Below are positions 31,361 through 39,350 of a stretch of DNA of 64,000 nt, one piece after another. The DNA lies in assembly GCA_963816355.1 (NCBI GenBank), contig CAWFKH010000005.1, forward strand, positions 96,001-160,000. Reading direction: 5' to 3'. Within the stretch, counting starts at the first letter, position 1, and each line of letters starts with the position of its first letter. A program made the translations under genes and the position numbers. The notes beneath the pieces were generated by a model. The model was not told the DNA's origin. It ran no database searches and saw nothing but the letters and a program-made list of their open reading frames with translations. This DNA comes from an uncultured Gemmatimonadales bacterium. Its GTDB lineage: Bacteria; Gemmatimonadota; Gemmatimonadetes; Longimicrobiales; RSA9.

Positions 31361-31949
31361 TGCCCATCACGCACAGACGCAGGAACTCCTCGCGCGTCCT
31401 GATGTCGTCCAGGAAAACGCCCTGCATCGCGCTGGTGATCGTCTTCGAGTTCTGCTTCTCCACCCCGCGCATCATCATGCACAGGTGCAGCGCCTCGATG
31501 ATCACGCCCACGCCCTCCGGCCGCAGCACCTCCCAGATCGCCTCCGCGATCTGCTCCGTCAGCCGCTCCTGCACCTGCAGCCGCCGCGCGAAGACCTCGA
31601 CCACCCGCGGCACCTTCGACAGACCCAGGATCTTGCCGTTCGGGATGTAGGCGACGTGGACCTTGCCGAAGAACGGCAGCATGTGGTGCTCGCACAACGA
31701 GTACATCTCGATGTCCTTGACGATCACCATGTTGTGATGGTCCTCGTCGAAGATCGCGTCGCCGATCACCTTCTCCACCGAGAGGCCGTAGCCGCGCGTC
31801 AGCCAGTGCAGGCTCTTCGCCACCCGCTCCGGCGTGCGCAGCAGCCCCTGCCGCTCGACGTCCTCCCCCAGCCGCGACAGCATCTCCGCCACCAGCGCGT
31901 CGAACGGCACGTCCGCCAGTCCCCCGGGTCTACGCTCCCCCATCGCCAT
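31347..31949 (-). CDS. folE: GTP cyclohydrolase I
   Basis: [37 protein letters not shown]. Confidence 0.97.
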   Translation of the reverse strand: MAMGERRPGGLADVPFDALVAEMLSRLGEDVERQGLLRTPERVAKSLHWLTRGYGLSVEKVIGDAIFDEDHHNMVIVKDIEMYSLCEHHMLPFFGKVHVAYIPNGKILGLSKVPRVVEVFARRLQVQERLTEQIAEAIWEVLRPEGVGVIIEALHLCMMMRGVEKQNSKTITSAMQGVFLDDIRTREEFLRLCVMGNVVG

Positions 31950-31955
31950 GGCCGC

Positions 31956-32372
31956 TCACTCCCCGCTGTATTCGACGTAGTTGCGCGGCGTCTCCCACAG
32001 CACGATCCGCTCGAGGTCCACGCGCTCGGGCAGATGGTCGACCAGGCGACGCCAGATCTCCACCACGAGGTTCTCCGTCGTCGGATTCACCCCCTCCATC
32101 CACGCCACCTCGACGTTGATGTTCCGGTGGTCGAGGTCCCGCACGACCCGCTCCTCCACCAGATCCCGCAGCCGCTTCAGGTCCAACACGAAACCGGTCT
32201 CCGGATCCGGCTCCCCCGCCACCGTCACGTCCATCTCGTAGTTGTGACCGTGCCAGTTCGGATTCGCGCACGCACCGAACACCTCCACGTTCCGCTCCGG
32301 CGTCCAGTCCGCCCGCCGCAACCGATGCGCCGCGCTGAAGTGCACGCGGCGCGTCACTCTCACTCTCGCCAT
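31956..32372 (-). CDS. 6-pyruvoyl-tetrahydropterin synthase family (Cx5HGH, PTPS-II-like)
   Basis: FSAAHRL, CANPNWHGHNY, LDHRNIN, PTTEN, LWETPRN. Confidence 0.92.
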   Translation of the reverse strand: MARVRVTRRVHFSAAHRLRRADWTPERNVEVFGACANPNWHGHNYEMDVTVAGEPDPETGFVLDLKRLRDLVEERVVRDLDHRNINVEVAWMEGVNPTTENLVVEIWRRLVDHLPERVDLERIVLWETPRNYVEYSGE

Positions 32373-32635
32373 TCGCTCTCCTATCCGGCGGATCGGCAAC
32401 CCGCGAGAAGGCGCGCCCCGTCGACCCGGCTCCGCGGCGGCCCCACGCACCGGGGCGTGGTAAATCGAGGGCCTGCCCCGCCCACATGGCCCCGCGAGGG
32501 CCTCGCGGCGACCTCGCGGCGGCCTCGCGGCGGCCTCGCGGCGGCCCAAGCTCAACGATAGTGCACCCGCCGCCGGACGCAAACCGCGGCCGCGCGGCGC
32601 GCCGCATCGCCGCAGCGTTCGCGTCGCGATGCGCC

Positions 32636-32670
32636 AAGAAAAAGGCCGGCCCGCTCGCGGCGGGCCGGCC
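32636..32670 (-). terminator. Rho-independent terminator after the 6S RNA
   Basis: Minus strand GGCCGGCCCGC-loop-GCGGGCCGGCC followed by TTTTTCTT. Confidence 0.85.
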
Positions 32671-32671
32671 C

Positions 32672-32829
32672 GGTGACGCACCGAAGGGTGTTTTTGAAGC
32701 CCCATCGATGAATGGGTGGTCACCTCCCCGTCCCTTGCCGTCTTCCCCAGAGGGCGTGACGTCCGGAACAGAAGTCGGTCCCTGCTTCAGTAGTGTCGGC
32801 TCAAAAATGATTCCCTTCAGCACGCCACT
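32672..32829 (-). ncRNA. ssrS: 6S RNA
   Basis: 5' GTGGCGTGCTGAAGGG...TTTTTGAGCC pairs with 3' GGCTTCAAAAA...CCCTTCGGTGCGTCAC, giving a long rod with a central bubble; TGAGCCGACA and CATTCA resemble E. coli 6S motifs; flanked by a sigma70 promoter and a terminator. Confidence 0.8.
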
Positions 32830-32835
32830 GGCCAA

Positions 32836-32864
32836 AAATTACCCGGAACGACGGCGAAGGTCAA
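32836..32864 (-). promoter_or_regulatory. Sigma70-type promoter of the 6S RNA
   Basis: TTGACC-17 nt-TAATTT on the minus strand, about 7 nt before the RNA stem. Confidence 0.8.
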
Positions 32865-33339
32865 GCGCGGCGGGGGTTTGGAGGGGGCGGCGGAGGACGC
32901 GGGGGAGGGCGCGGAGGAGGACGGCGGGGGGGCGCGGAGGCGGACGTGGGGAGCTGGCGGGGCAACGGACGCGGCGAGCGGGGGACGGAGGTGCGAAATG
33001 GAGCGACGCGGGGAGCCGCGGCGACGCGCCGGGCCATGGCCGCGAGCGCGCCGCCGAACGCGGGTGAGGCGGGCAGGGGTGACATCCGGAGCCTGGCAAC
33101 TCGCTCGCACGGGGTAGGCTCCGGCGAGGGACCTCGGCGCAACGGCGGCGCCGGCGACATGGCCGAGTCGACGGGACGCGCACATCGGCCTTCTCGTGCG
33201 TCCATTCTCGCACCTCCTCCTCGCGCTTCCTCCAGCGGGAGACCGCTCGACACGCTGCCCCGCGACCCTTGACCATCGGGGTGAGGCATGCAGTAATGCG
33301 AAACGTGCGTTCGCAGATCGGAGGCGGGCGTGTAGGGAA

Positions 33340-33372
33340 GCGAAACGGCGTTACGGAAACAAGCAGTTATCT
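33340..33372 (+). other. Array-proximal recombination site (attI-like or truncated att) starting cassette 1
   Basis: GGAAACAAGCAGTTATCT; GTTATCTGCC at 33366 is the exact complement of the cassette-1 R'' GGCAGATAAC; no attC hairpin upstream. Confidence 0.5.
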
Positions 33373-33414
33373 GCCATTGGGCACCGCTGGGCAGCAATTT
33401 GAGGAGCAGCGCTT

Positions 33415-33975
33415 ATGGGTGACATCGCGATCGTTGAGCTTGCGGACGAACTGCAGGTTTACAAGCAGACGGTCTTCAAGGCAGCGAAACGACTCGGCAT
33501 AAATCCGGGTCGCGTCAGGGACCCTGATCGGGGAAACCAGCTGGTCGCCACGTTGAGTCAGGCGGAAGCAGAAGCGGTGGCGAAGGAGATTTCGACAGCG
33601 TCATCCACATCAGGCAACGGGAGCGAGGCGGTACCTGGTTCGGGCGTTTTCTACATCATGCAGTTGGAGCCGGAGCACGATGTGGGGCGGATCAAGGTCG
33701 GATTCACGACTGATCTCGAAGGGCGGCTGAGAAAGCACCGGTGTTCGGCTCCGTTCGCCGAGTGCGTGCAGCATTGGCCGGCTCGACGCACCTGGGAAAG
33801 AGCCGCGATTGACTGCATCACCGAGGGCTTGGAGCAGTTGCATACCGAGGTTTACAGGGCGGATGACCTGAAGGACGTGCTCTCAAGAGCGCAGGGATTC
33901 TTTGACCTCATGCCTGTCTTGGGAATCGGTGGAGAGGATGAGGAAGTGGATTTCCTCGACGGTCTTGGTCCGTGA
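33415..33975 (+). CDS. Cassette 1: GIY-YIG/T5orf172-like nuclease with an N-terminal HTH-like region
   Basis: GVFYIMQ...IKVGFTTDLEGRLRKH...ERAAI...HTEVY; GAGGAG RBS; followed by an attC. Confidence 0.65.
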   Translation: MGDIAIVELADELQVYKQTVFKAAKRLGINPGRVRDPDRGNQLVATLSQAEAEAVAKEISTASSTSGNGSEAVPGSGVFYIMQLEPEHDVGRIKVGFTTDLEGRLRKHRCSAPFAECVQHWPARRTWERAAIDCITEGLEQLHTEVYRADDLKDVLSRAQGFFDLMPVLGIGGEDEEVDFLDGLGP

Positions 33976-33989
33976 TAGAGCCCAACGGC

Positions 33990-34144
33990 AGATAACAAGC
34001 GGCTGGCGCCTCCGCGGCCTTCGGCCGCTCCGGAGAAACCCGGCGCAGCCGTCTCTGAGCAAATCGAGGCTCGTTTAGTATCGAAGGTTGTGGGGCTGGT
34101 CAGTGTCTCAGTGCGCCGGCTTCGCCAGCCTGGAAACGTTAGAC
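33990..34144 (+). other. attC site 1
   Basis: R'' AGATAAC, L'' GGCTGGCG / L' CGCCAGCC, R' GTTAGAC. Confidence 0.85.
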
Positions 34145-34178
34145 GCCATGCCGTGGCCGTACCTAGAAAGGTGGTTCT

Positions 34179-34640
34179 GTGGACCTTGAACTGGTCATCG
34201 GCATCGCTGGGTTGGTCCTCGCAGTACTCACCTACTTTGCGGGGGTACAGCGCGGTAAGATCCAGGAACAGGAGCGTCGGGAGCACGACCGAGCAGCAGA
34301 AGAGGACCGTCGACTCTATGAGCTCCGGTCGAAGCTGGTGGACGAATTCGTCGACATGCGTCGTCGCAACCTCGACTCGGGTCCCCCCGCCCTGGTTCGA
34401 CTTGGATTAGATAAACTGGGATCCGATGAGCAGATTCGGATCGCAATTCAAGAGATGGAGGCACGCACGAAGGGAAGCCCGTGGGGTCGTTACGCACCAC
34501 AGGTGGCAGACGTCAACTTGCTCGCATTCTTCCGGCACTGCAGTCAGAACGGTCTTGATTTCCGAAGAACCGGAACAATAGAGGATGTAGTGGCGGCGGT
34601 AGAGGAAAAGCATCAGTTGGGAGAGGGCCACGGCGTCTAA
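34179..34640 (+). CDS. Cassette 2: hypothetical protein with N-terminal TM helix
   Basis: Cassette starts GTTAGACGCC and ends GGCGTCTAAC; the TAA stop lies inside R''. Confidence 0.75.
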   Translation: MDLELVIGIAGLVLAVLTYFAGVQRGKIQEQERREHDRAAEEDRRLYELRSKLVDEFVDMRRRNLDSGPPALVRLGLDKLGSDEQIRIAIQEMEARTKGSPWGRYAPQVADVNLLAFFRHCSQNGLDFRRTGTIEDVVAAVEEKHQLGEGHGV

Positions 34641-34781
34641 CAAACGGCTGGCGCCTGCGCTCCCTTCGGTCGCTCCGAAGAACCCGCCGTTGGCATCGGG
34701 GAGCTGGTGAGGATCTTGTAGTTTCGTAGGCGGCCCAGCGCTGGAGACGATTGAGCGGCGGGTCGCCAGCCTGGAAACGTT
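34635..34781 (+). other. attC site 2, split in its R' box by IS110 (remainder ATCTGCC at 36233)
   Basis: R'' GTCTAAC, GGCTGGCG/CGCCAGCC arms, GGAAACGTT then the IS; removing the IS restores GTTATCTGCC. Confidence 0.85.
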
Positions 34782-36232
34782 GATATGGAAGGGCCTGTCA
34801 AGCAGCGAGTGGAGGCGGGGCGGCTTCGACGGTGAATCCTGCTGATATACGCCGGTTGTTCAGAGGAACAGAGCGGCAAGAATTCGGATTCGTCCGGAGC
34901 GGCCCCAGTCTATACACCAGGATTGGGCGGAACGCCGTACCTGCTAACGTTTTCGGGGGTTCTCCTCTCGTGCCCCGCCTCCTGTGAGTGTCACGCGGCG
35001 TTTTGGAGCTGCTGGTCGTAGAGTTCTTCGTCCTGGAGCACCGCCCAGATGAAACCGACCATTTCTCGAGCCGCTGCGACGACCGCGACCTGGAAGGGAC
35101 GCCGGTGGCTCACGCGGTGGAAGAGCTTGTGAAGGCGGTGCTGAGCTTTCCAGGCATGGGCGATGATGGCGGGATCCTGAGCGCTCTGGCGTCGAGTGAG
35201 CGCGGCGCTCTGGGATGGACGGTTGCGGTACGACCAGGCCGCCTGAACGAGAACGTGGCGGCAATGGGCGTTGCCGGCTTTTGTGATGGCGCCTTGGCGC
35301 CTGCGTTCCCCGGAAGAGTGCTCGCTGGGGACGAGGCCGAAGTAGGCCATGAGTTGGCGCGGACTCTTGAAGCGACGAAAGTCGCCGATCTCGGTGGCGA
35401 GCACCATCGCCGCGTGCGTATCGATGCCTCGAAAGCAGCGCAGGCGTTCGACGATGAGGCGGTAGCGGGGCTCGAGCGCCAGCCGCTCCACCTGCCGATC
35501 GAGTTCGTCGCGACGGGCAATCTTGTACTCGAGCAGCGCCAGATATTCCGAGAGCACGAGCCGGTCTTCACGGGAGAGGACCTCGGGGCGCAGGAGCTGA
35601 CGGATCCAGACGAAGTGGCGCTGTGTCCAGTTGGTGCCGCCGCGGAAGACGAACCCTCGCCGCCGGAGGAATTTCAGGATGTAGTGGCGGGACTTCAGGA
35701 TCTCGCGCTGGAAAGTCTCCCTGCACCGGACCAGGTCCCGCACCTGCTCTTCGACTTCGGTCGGAATGTGGATCAGGCTCAGCTGCCCCGCGCGGTAGAG
35801 GCGGCCGAGTTGAATGGCGTCCCGCTTGTCGTGCTTGCGCCGGTCGCCGGGGCGCGTCGGGATGAGAGAGGGAGCTGCCAGCTCGCACGGGTAGCCCCAG
35901 GCGCTCATGTGGCGCTGCAGGACGTAGCCGGCGCCGCTCGCTTCATAGCAGGCGTGCACCGTCCCGCGGCGCGCGAGGCGCTCGAAGTAGCGCCGTAGCT
36001 TGTGCACATCGTTGGGGAGGCGGTCCACCTGCTCGGGTTCAGCCGCTTGGCCGATGAAGACCGCGATGGTGACCGAGTCCTTGTGGACGTCGAGACCGAG
36101 GAAGAGATTTGATGTAGCCATAGGGCTGGTCTCCTGTTGCTGCGACCATCGTCGCATGTGGCTCTGGTGACTCCCGCGAACCGGGGCATCAACCCACGGT
36201 AAGCTCGGGAGGCCAGCCCTTCCATTTTGTCT
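34782..36232 (-). mobile_element. IS110 family, IS1111-type element inserted in attC
   Basis: Sub-terminal inverted repeats ATGGAAGGGC (34785-34794) / GCCCTTCCAT (about 36216-36225), 3 and about 7 nt from the ends; no TSD; long non-coding region downstream of the transposase. Confidence 0.88.
34991..36121 (-). CDS. IS110 family (DEDD) transposase/recombinase
   Basis: FLGLDVHK, CYEASG, RKHDKRDA, EIGDFRRF, GLVPSEHSSG, ITKAGN. Confidence 0.95.
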   Translation of the reverse strand: MATSNLFLGLDVHKDSVTIAVFIGQAAEPEQVDRLPNDVHKLRRYFERLARRGTVHACYEASGAGYVLQRHMSAWGYPCELAAPSLIPTRPGDRRKHDKRDAIQLGRLYRAGQLSLIHIPTEVEEQVRDLVRCRETFQREILKSRHYILKFLRRRGFVFRGGTNWTQRHFVWIRQLLRPEVLSREDRLVLSEYLALLEYKIARRDELDRQVERLALEPRYRLIVERLRCFRGIDTHAAMVLATEIGDFRRFKSPRQLMAYFGLVPSEHSSGERRRQGAITKAGNAHCRHVLVQAAWSYRNRPSQSAALTRRQSAQDPAIIAHAWKAQHRLHKLFHRVSHRRPFQVAVVAAAREMVGFIWAVLQDEELYDQQLQNAA

Positions 36233-36269
36233 ATCTGCCATGAGCCGCACGACGTGATTAGATTGGCGG

Positions 36270-36548
36270 ATGAGCCCGAGCGAGCGATTCGAGCGACCCG
36301 AGTGGTGGGAGTGGGAGCTCGCGTTCACGGCTCACGTCGAAGCACGCATGGAGGAGCGTGGATTCTCCGAGGTCGATCTGCGCGAGATGCTCGAGGATGC
36401 ATCGGATCTGGAGCAGAGCCGGAATCCGAGGCGCTGGCTGGTCCGCACCCGCTCTGGCGGCGCGCCGTGGATCGTCGTGGTTGAGCCCGATCCTGATGAA
36501 CAGGTGCTTCTGATCGTCACCGCTTACCTTCGAGACGCCCGCCGATGA
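36270..36548 (+). CDS. Cassette 3: DUF4258-like putative toxin
   Basis: FTAHVEARMEERGFS...LIVTAY; ATGA overlap with its partner. Confidence 0.75.
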   Translation: MSPSERFERPEWWEWELAFTAHVEARMEERGFSEVDLREMLEDASDLEQSRNPRRWLVRTRSGGAPWIVVVEPDPDEQVLLIVTAYLRDARR

Positions 36549-36814
36549 AAACTCTCACCGTCCAAGTGACCTACCGCAAAGGCGAGCCCTTTGCCGCCTA
36601 CATTTACCTGGCTGCGAAGCCGGGCCAGAAGAGTGCACGGACCGAAGACGTCAGTCCCGACCTCGTCATCGACTACGCGGCCGACGGCACCCCGCTCGGG
36701 ATTGAAATCGTTTCGCCGGGATTCGTCACCCTCGACGAGATCCACGCCGTCTTCGACCGACTCGGCCTGGGACGCCCGGAACCATCGGAATTGGCGCCGC
36801 TCAGGGCGGCCTGA
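36545..36814 (+). CDS. Cassette 3: DUF2283-like putative antitoxin
   Basis: AAYIYL...LVIDYAADGTPLGIEI. Confidence 0.78.
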   Translation: MKTLTVQVTYRKGEPFAAYIYLAAKPGQKSARTEDVSPDLVIDYAADGTPLGIEIVSPGFVTLDEIHAVFDRLGLGRPEPSELAPLRAA

Positions 36815-36856
36815 CTTCCCCAGCGGGTGGGCCAGCCCCGGCAGCGGCTCACATAG

Positions 36857-38615
36857 CCTGCCATATTCACCACGCGTAGCTTGAGGGGTCTGAGGGCGTG
36901 ATTTCGAGTTTGGAGCGCCGCGGACGTGGCGGCGAGGCTGATTTCGGGGACAGGCCCCCTTTCCCCCGGGCGCGCCGCCGACGGCTCGTTGCTCCTCAGC
37001 TCCCCGCCCAAGGGTGCTACGCCGGCGTGGGCAGGGCCAGGGTGGCGGGGGAGCCGCGTGCCGGGTGACGTCGGTTCAGCTCTCGCCAGAATCGCTGCCA
37101 CACGTGCGCGCGGGCGGCTTCGATGACGAGCGTGATGCGCCGGCCATGAAGGAGCACGCGGCCGGCCGCCTTGAGCACCAGCTGGCGGAAGCGCTGCCGG
37201 GTCATGACATGGCGTTCGTCCGCAGAGGCGAGCTCGGCGCCGGCGCGCAGCAGATTGGCCGCGACGAGGCTCAGCAGCAGGCGCGCCTCGTTGGCGCCGA
37301 AGCTGTCGGTCTGCGGCTCGGGGGTGGCGATGGTCCGCCCGCGGTAGTGCTGCTTGGGCCGCGGCGCGGACGAGAGCGCCAGCGCCAGCGTGCTCTTCCA
37401 GTCGCCGAAGTCGCGCTCGGCTTCGCCCCGCGCCCGGTAGCGCTCCAGCAGCGCCGGGCCATCCACCTCCTGGGCACTCGCGTTGGTGAGCAGGAAGAAA
37501 TGATCGAGGAAGAGCTCCCCCTGCTCGTCGGAGCGCTCCAGCACCACCAGCACCACCCGGCGCGAGCGGTCCCAGCGCGCCGCGCTGTAGACCAGCTCGT
37601 GCGTCCAGACCCGACCCTCGGCCGGCGGGTGTCCAGGCGGCCGCCTCAGGTACGGCGCCGCGAGCTTCCCCAGGCGGGCGTTGCCGCGCAGGCGCGCCAC
37701 GTAGCGCACGCCCTCATCTTCCAGCGTCGCGAGCAGCTCATTCTCCGGGAACCCCGCGTCCATGCGCAGCCATACCCGCTCCGCCTGCGTCCTGGCCCAG
37801 AGCACGGCCGGGATCACGAACGCCAGCGCCCCGTGCGCCGTGTGCGCGTTCCCCTCCCGCAGCTCGGCCGCCAGAAAGTCCCCCAGTTCCCAACGCAGCA
37901 CCAACGGATGGTAGCAGCGATAACCGTAGTGCCCGTTCCAGGCGCTCCCCGGCTGTAGCCCGTGCACCTCCACCGGCAGGGAGTCCAGATCCAGCGTGAC
38001 TTCTGCCAGGCGCGGAGCGTGGCGGCCCCGCCGCCGCTCTGCCCCCGCCCGCAGCAGCGCGGACAGCCCCCGCCGGTTGCGCAGGCCGGCCAGCATTGCG
38101 AGCAGCCGCGAGAAGGTCGGCTGCGAGGCCAGCCCCGAGGCCGCCCCCGCAGCCCCGCCCCGCACCGGCGCCGTCCCCCGCCGCCGCGACACCGCCAGGC
38201 GCAGCGCCGGATCGGCGCGTAGCAGGTCCGCATCCCGCTGGTCCGTCCAGCCCTGCGCCAAGAGGAGCACCTGCGTGAGCACCAGCTCGAGGAAGTCGTG
38301 CCTGACGCGCCCCGCGTTCCGCAGATCCTGCAGGTGCCGCCGCACGAGTGCGGGGAAGCCCAGCCGCCCCAGCAGCGAGCGCAGCAGCACCGCGCCCGCG
38401 TCCGAGGTCAGCCGCTCCGGCCGCGCCTCCACCCGCACCGAACGGTTGAAATCCAGCCGGAAAAGCGTACCTTGTTCTTCACCCATGGCGTGTTCTTCGT
38501 CGGAGCAGGTAACAATGCTGTCTCGCAACCGCATCTTACTGCCACTTCGAAGGATGCGCCATGTGGCTTCCCGGCCACACTATCCCTCCGCTACCTCACT
38601 CGTGAATACGGCAGG
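36857..38615 (-). mobile_element. IS1380 family element (copy a)
   Basis: Terminal IRs CCTGCCATATTCAC / GTGAATACGGCAGG; no clear TSD. Confidence 0.88.
37017..38486 (-). CDS. IS1380 family transposase
   Basis: LTSDAG, LASQPTFSR, LDLDS, YHPL, LRMDAGF, YRARGEAE. Confidence 0.92.
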   Translation of the reverse strand: MGEEQGTLFRLDFNRSVRVEARPERLTSDAGAVLLRSLLGRLGFPALVRRHLQDLRNAGRVRHDFLELVLTQVLLLAQGWTDQRDADLLRADPALRLAVSRRRGTAPVRGGAAGAASGLASQPTFSRLLAMLAGLRNRRGLSALLRAGAERRRGRHAPRLAEVTLDLDSLPVEVHGLQPGSAWNGHYGYRCYHPLVLRWELGDFLAAELREGNAHTAHGALAFVIPAVLWARTQAERVWLRMDAGFPENELLATLEDEGVRYVARLRGNARLGKLAAPYLRRPPGHPPAEGRVWTHELVYSAARWDRSRRVVLVVLERSDEQGELFLDHFFLLTNASAQEVDGPALLERYRARGEAERDFGDWKSTLALALSSAPRPKQHYRGRTIATPEPQTDSFGANEARLLLSLVAANLLRAGAELASADERHVMTRQRFRQLVLKAAGRVLLHGRRITLVIEAARAHVWQRFWRELNRRHPARGSPATLALPTPA

Positions 38616-38618
38616 ATC

Positions 38619-38737
38619 AGATAACACACGGTGAGCGCCTGCGCGGCTTCGCCGCTCCGGCCCTCGGGGGACACCGAATCCTCAGCGCCGCGTTGCGGCG
38701 CCTCCGGTTCGGCGTCGCTCACCTACAAACGTTAACT
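38619..38737 (+). other. attC site 3
   Basis: R'' AGATAAC (complement of the cassette-3 start GTTATCT), GGTGAGCG / CGCTCACC arms, R' GTTAACT. Confidence 0.85.
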
Positions 38738-38766
38738 GACATCGCCAAGCGCGGGGGAGAAGTCGG

Positions 38767-39309
38767 ATGGCGAGCTTCGTCTACGCTGACAACTCAAACG
38801 TTTGGATAGAGGGCATGCATGTCAGCGCCGTGGTGAACGGACTGGCTCCGTCACTTTGGGACGCCCAGGACAATCACATCTGTGACTCCGGATGGCGCTT
38901 GGACTTTGGACGCCTCTTGGAGTTCGCTGGAGGCGAGAGGTCGCAGATAGGCAGAGCTGTTCTCTACGGCTCGCGACCGCCGGCGAACGACTCCCTCTGG
39001 AACGCCGCCAAGACCAGGGGCTTCGAGGTCATTGTCCACGACCGGAACATCCGCAATAGAGAGAAGAAGGTTGACACGAACATCGCGACGGACATCGTGG
39101 CCGACTCCTACGAGTTGATGGATCCGGCGCAGGACGAAATCGTCTTGGTGGCGGGCGATAGCGACTACGTCCCAACCGACGAGCGCCTTGTAACGCGGGG
39201 AATCACGTTCAACGTCGTCTTCTGGGACCATGCGGCGCACGAGCCCCGAGAGGCCGCCACGCACTTTACCTCTCTCAACCCATACCTCGAACATCTGCGA
39301 CATAGGTAG
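38767..39309 (+). CDS. Cassette 4: NYN/LabA (PIN-fold) ribonuclease domain protein
   Basis: VYADNSN, EKKVDT, LVAGDSDYVP acidic motifs. Confidence 0.88.
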   Translation: MASFVYADNSNVWIEGMHVSAVVNGLAPSLWDAQDNHICDSGWRLDFGRLLEFAGGERSQIGRAVLYGSRPPANDSLWNAAKTRGFEVIVHDRNIRNREKKVDTNIATDIVADSYELMDPAQDEIVLVAGDSDYVPTDERLVTRGITFNVVFWDHAAHEPREAATHFTSLNPYLEHLRHR

Positions 39310-39350
39310 GCCGTCGTGGCTGTGGCGTAATTCACTGGAATACCGACCTG

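Noticed and set aside
32505..32547. 11-bp tandem repeat CCTCGCGGCGG (about 4 copies)
   Set aside because: Short GC-rich intergenic repeat with no supportable function
32839..33397. Minus-strand ORFs upstream of the array as a possible intI remnant
   Set aside because: No tyrosine-recombinase or IntI N-terminal motifs; low-complexity translations
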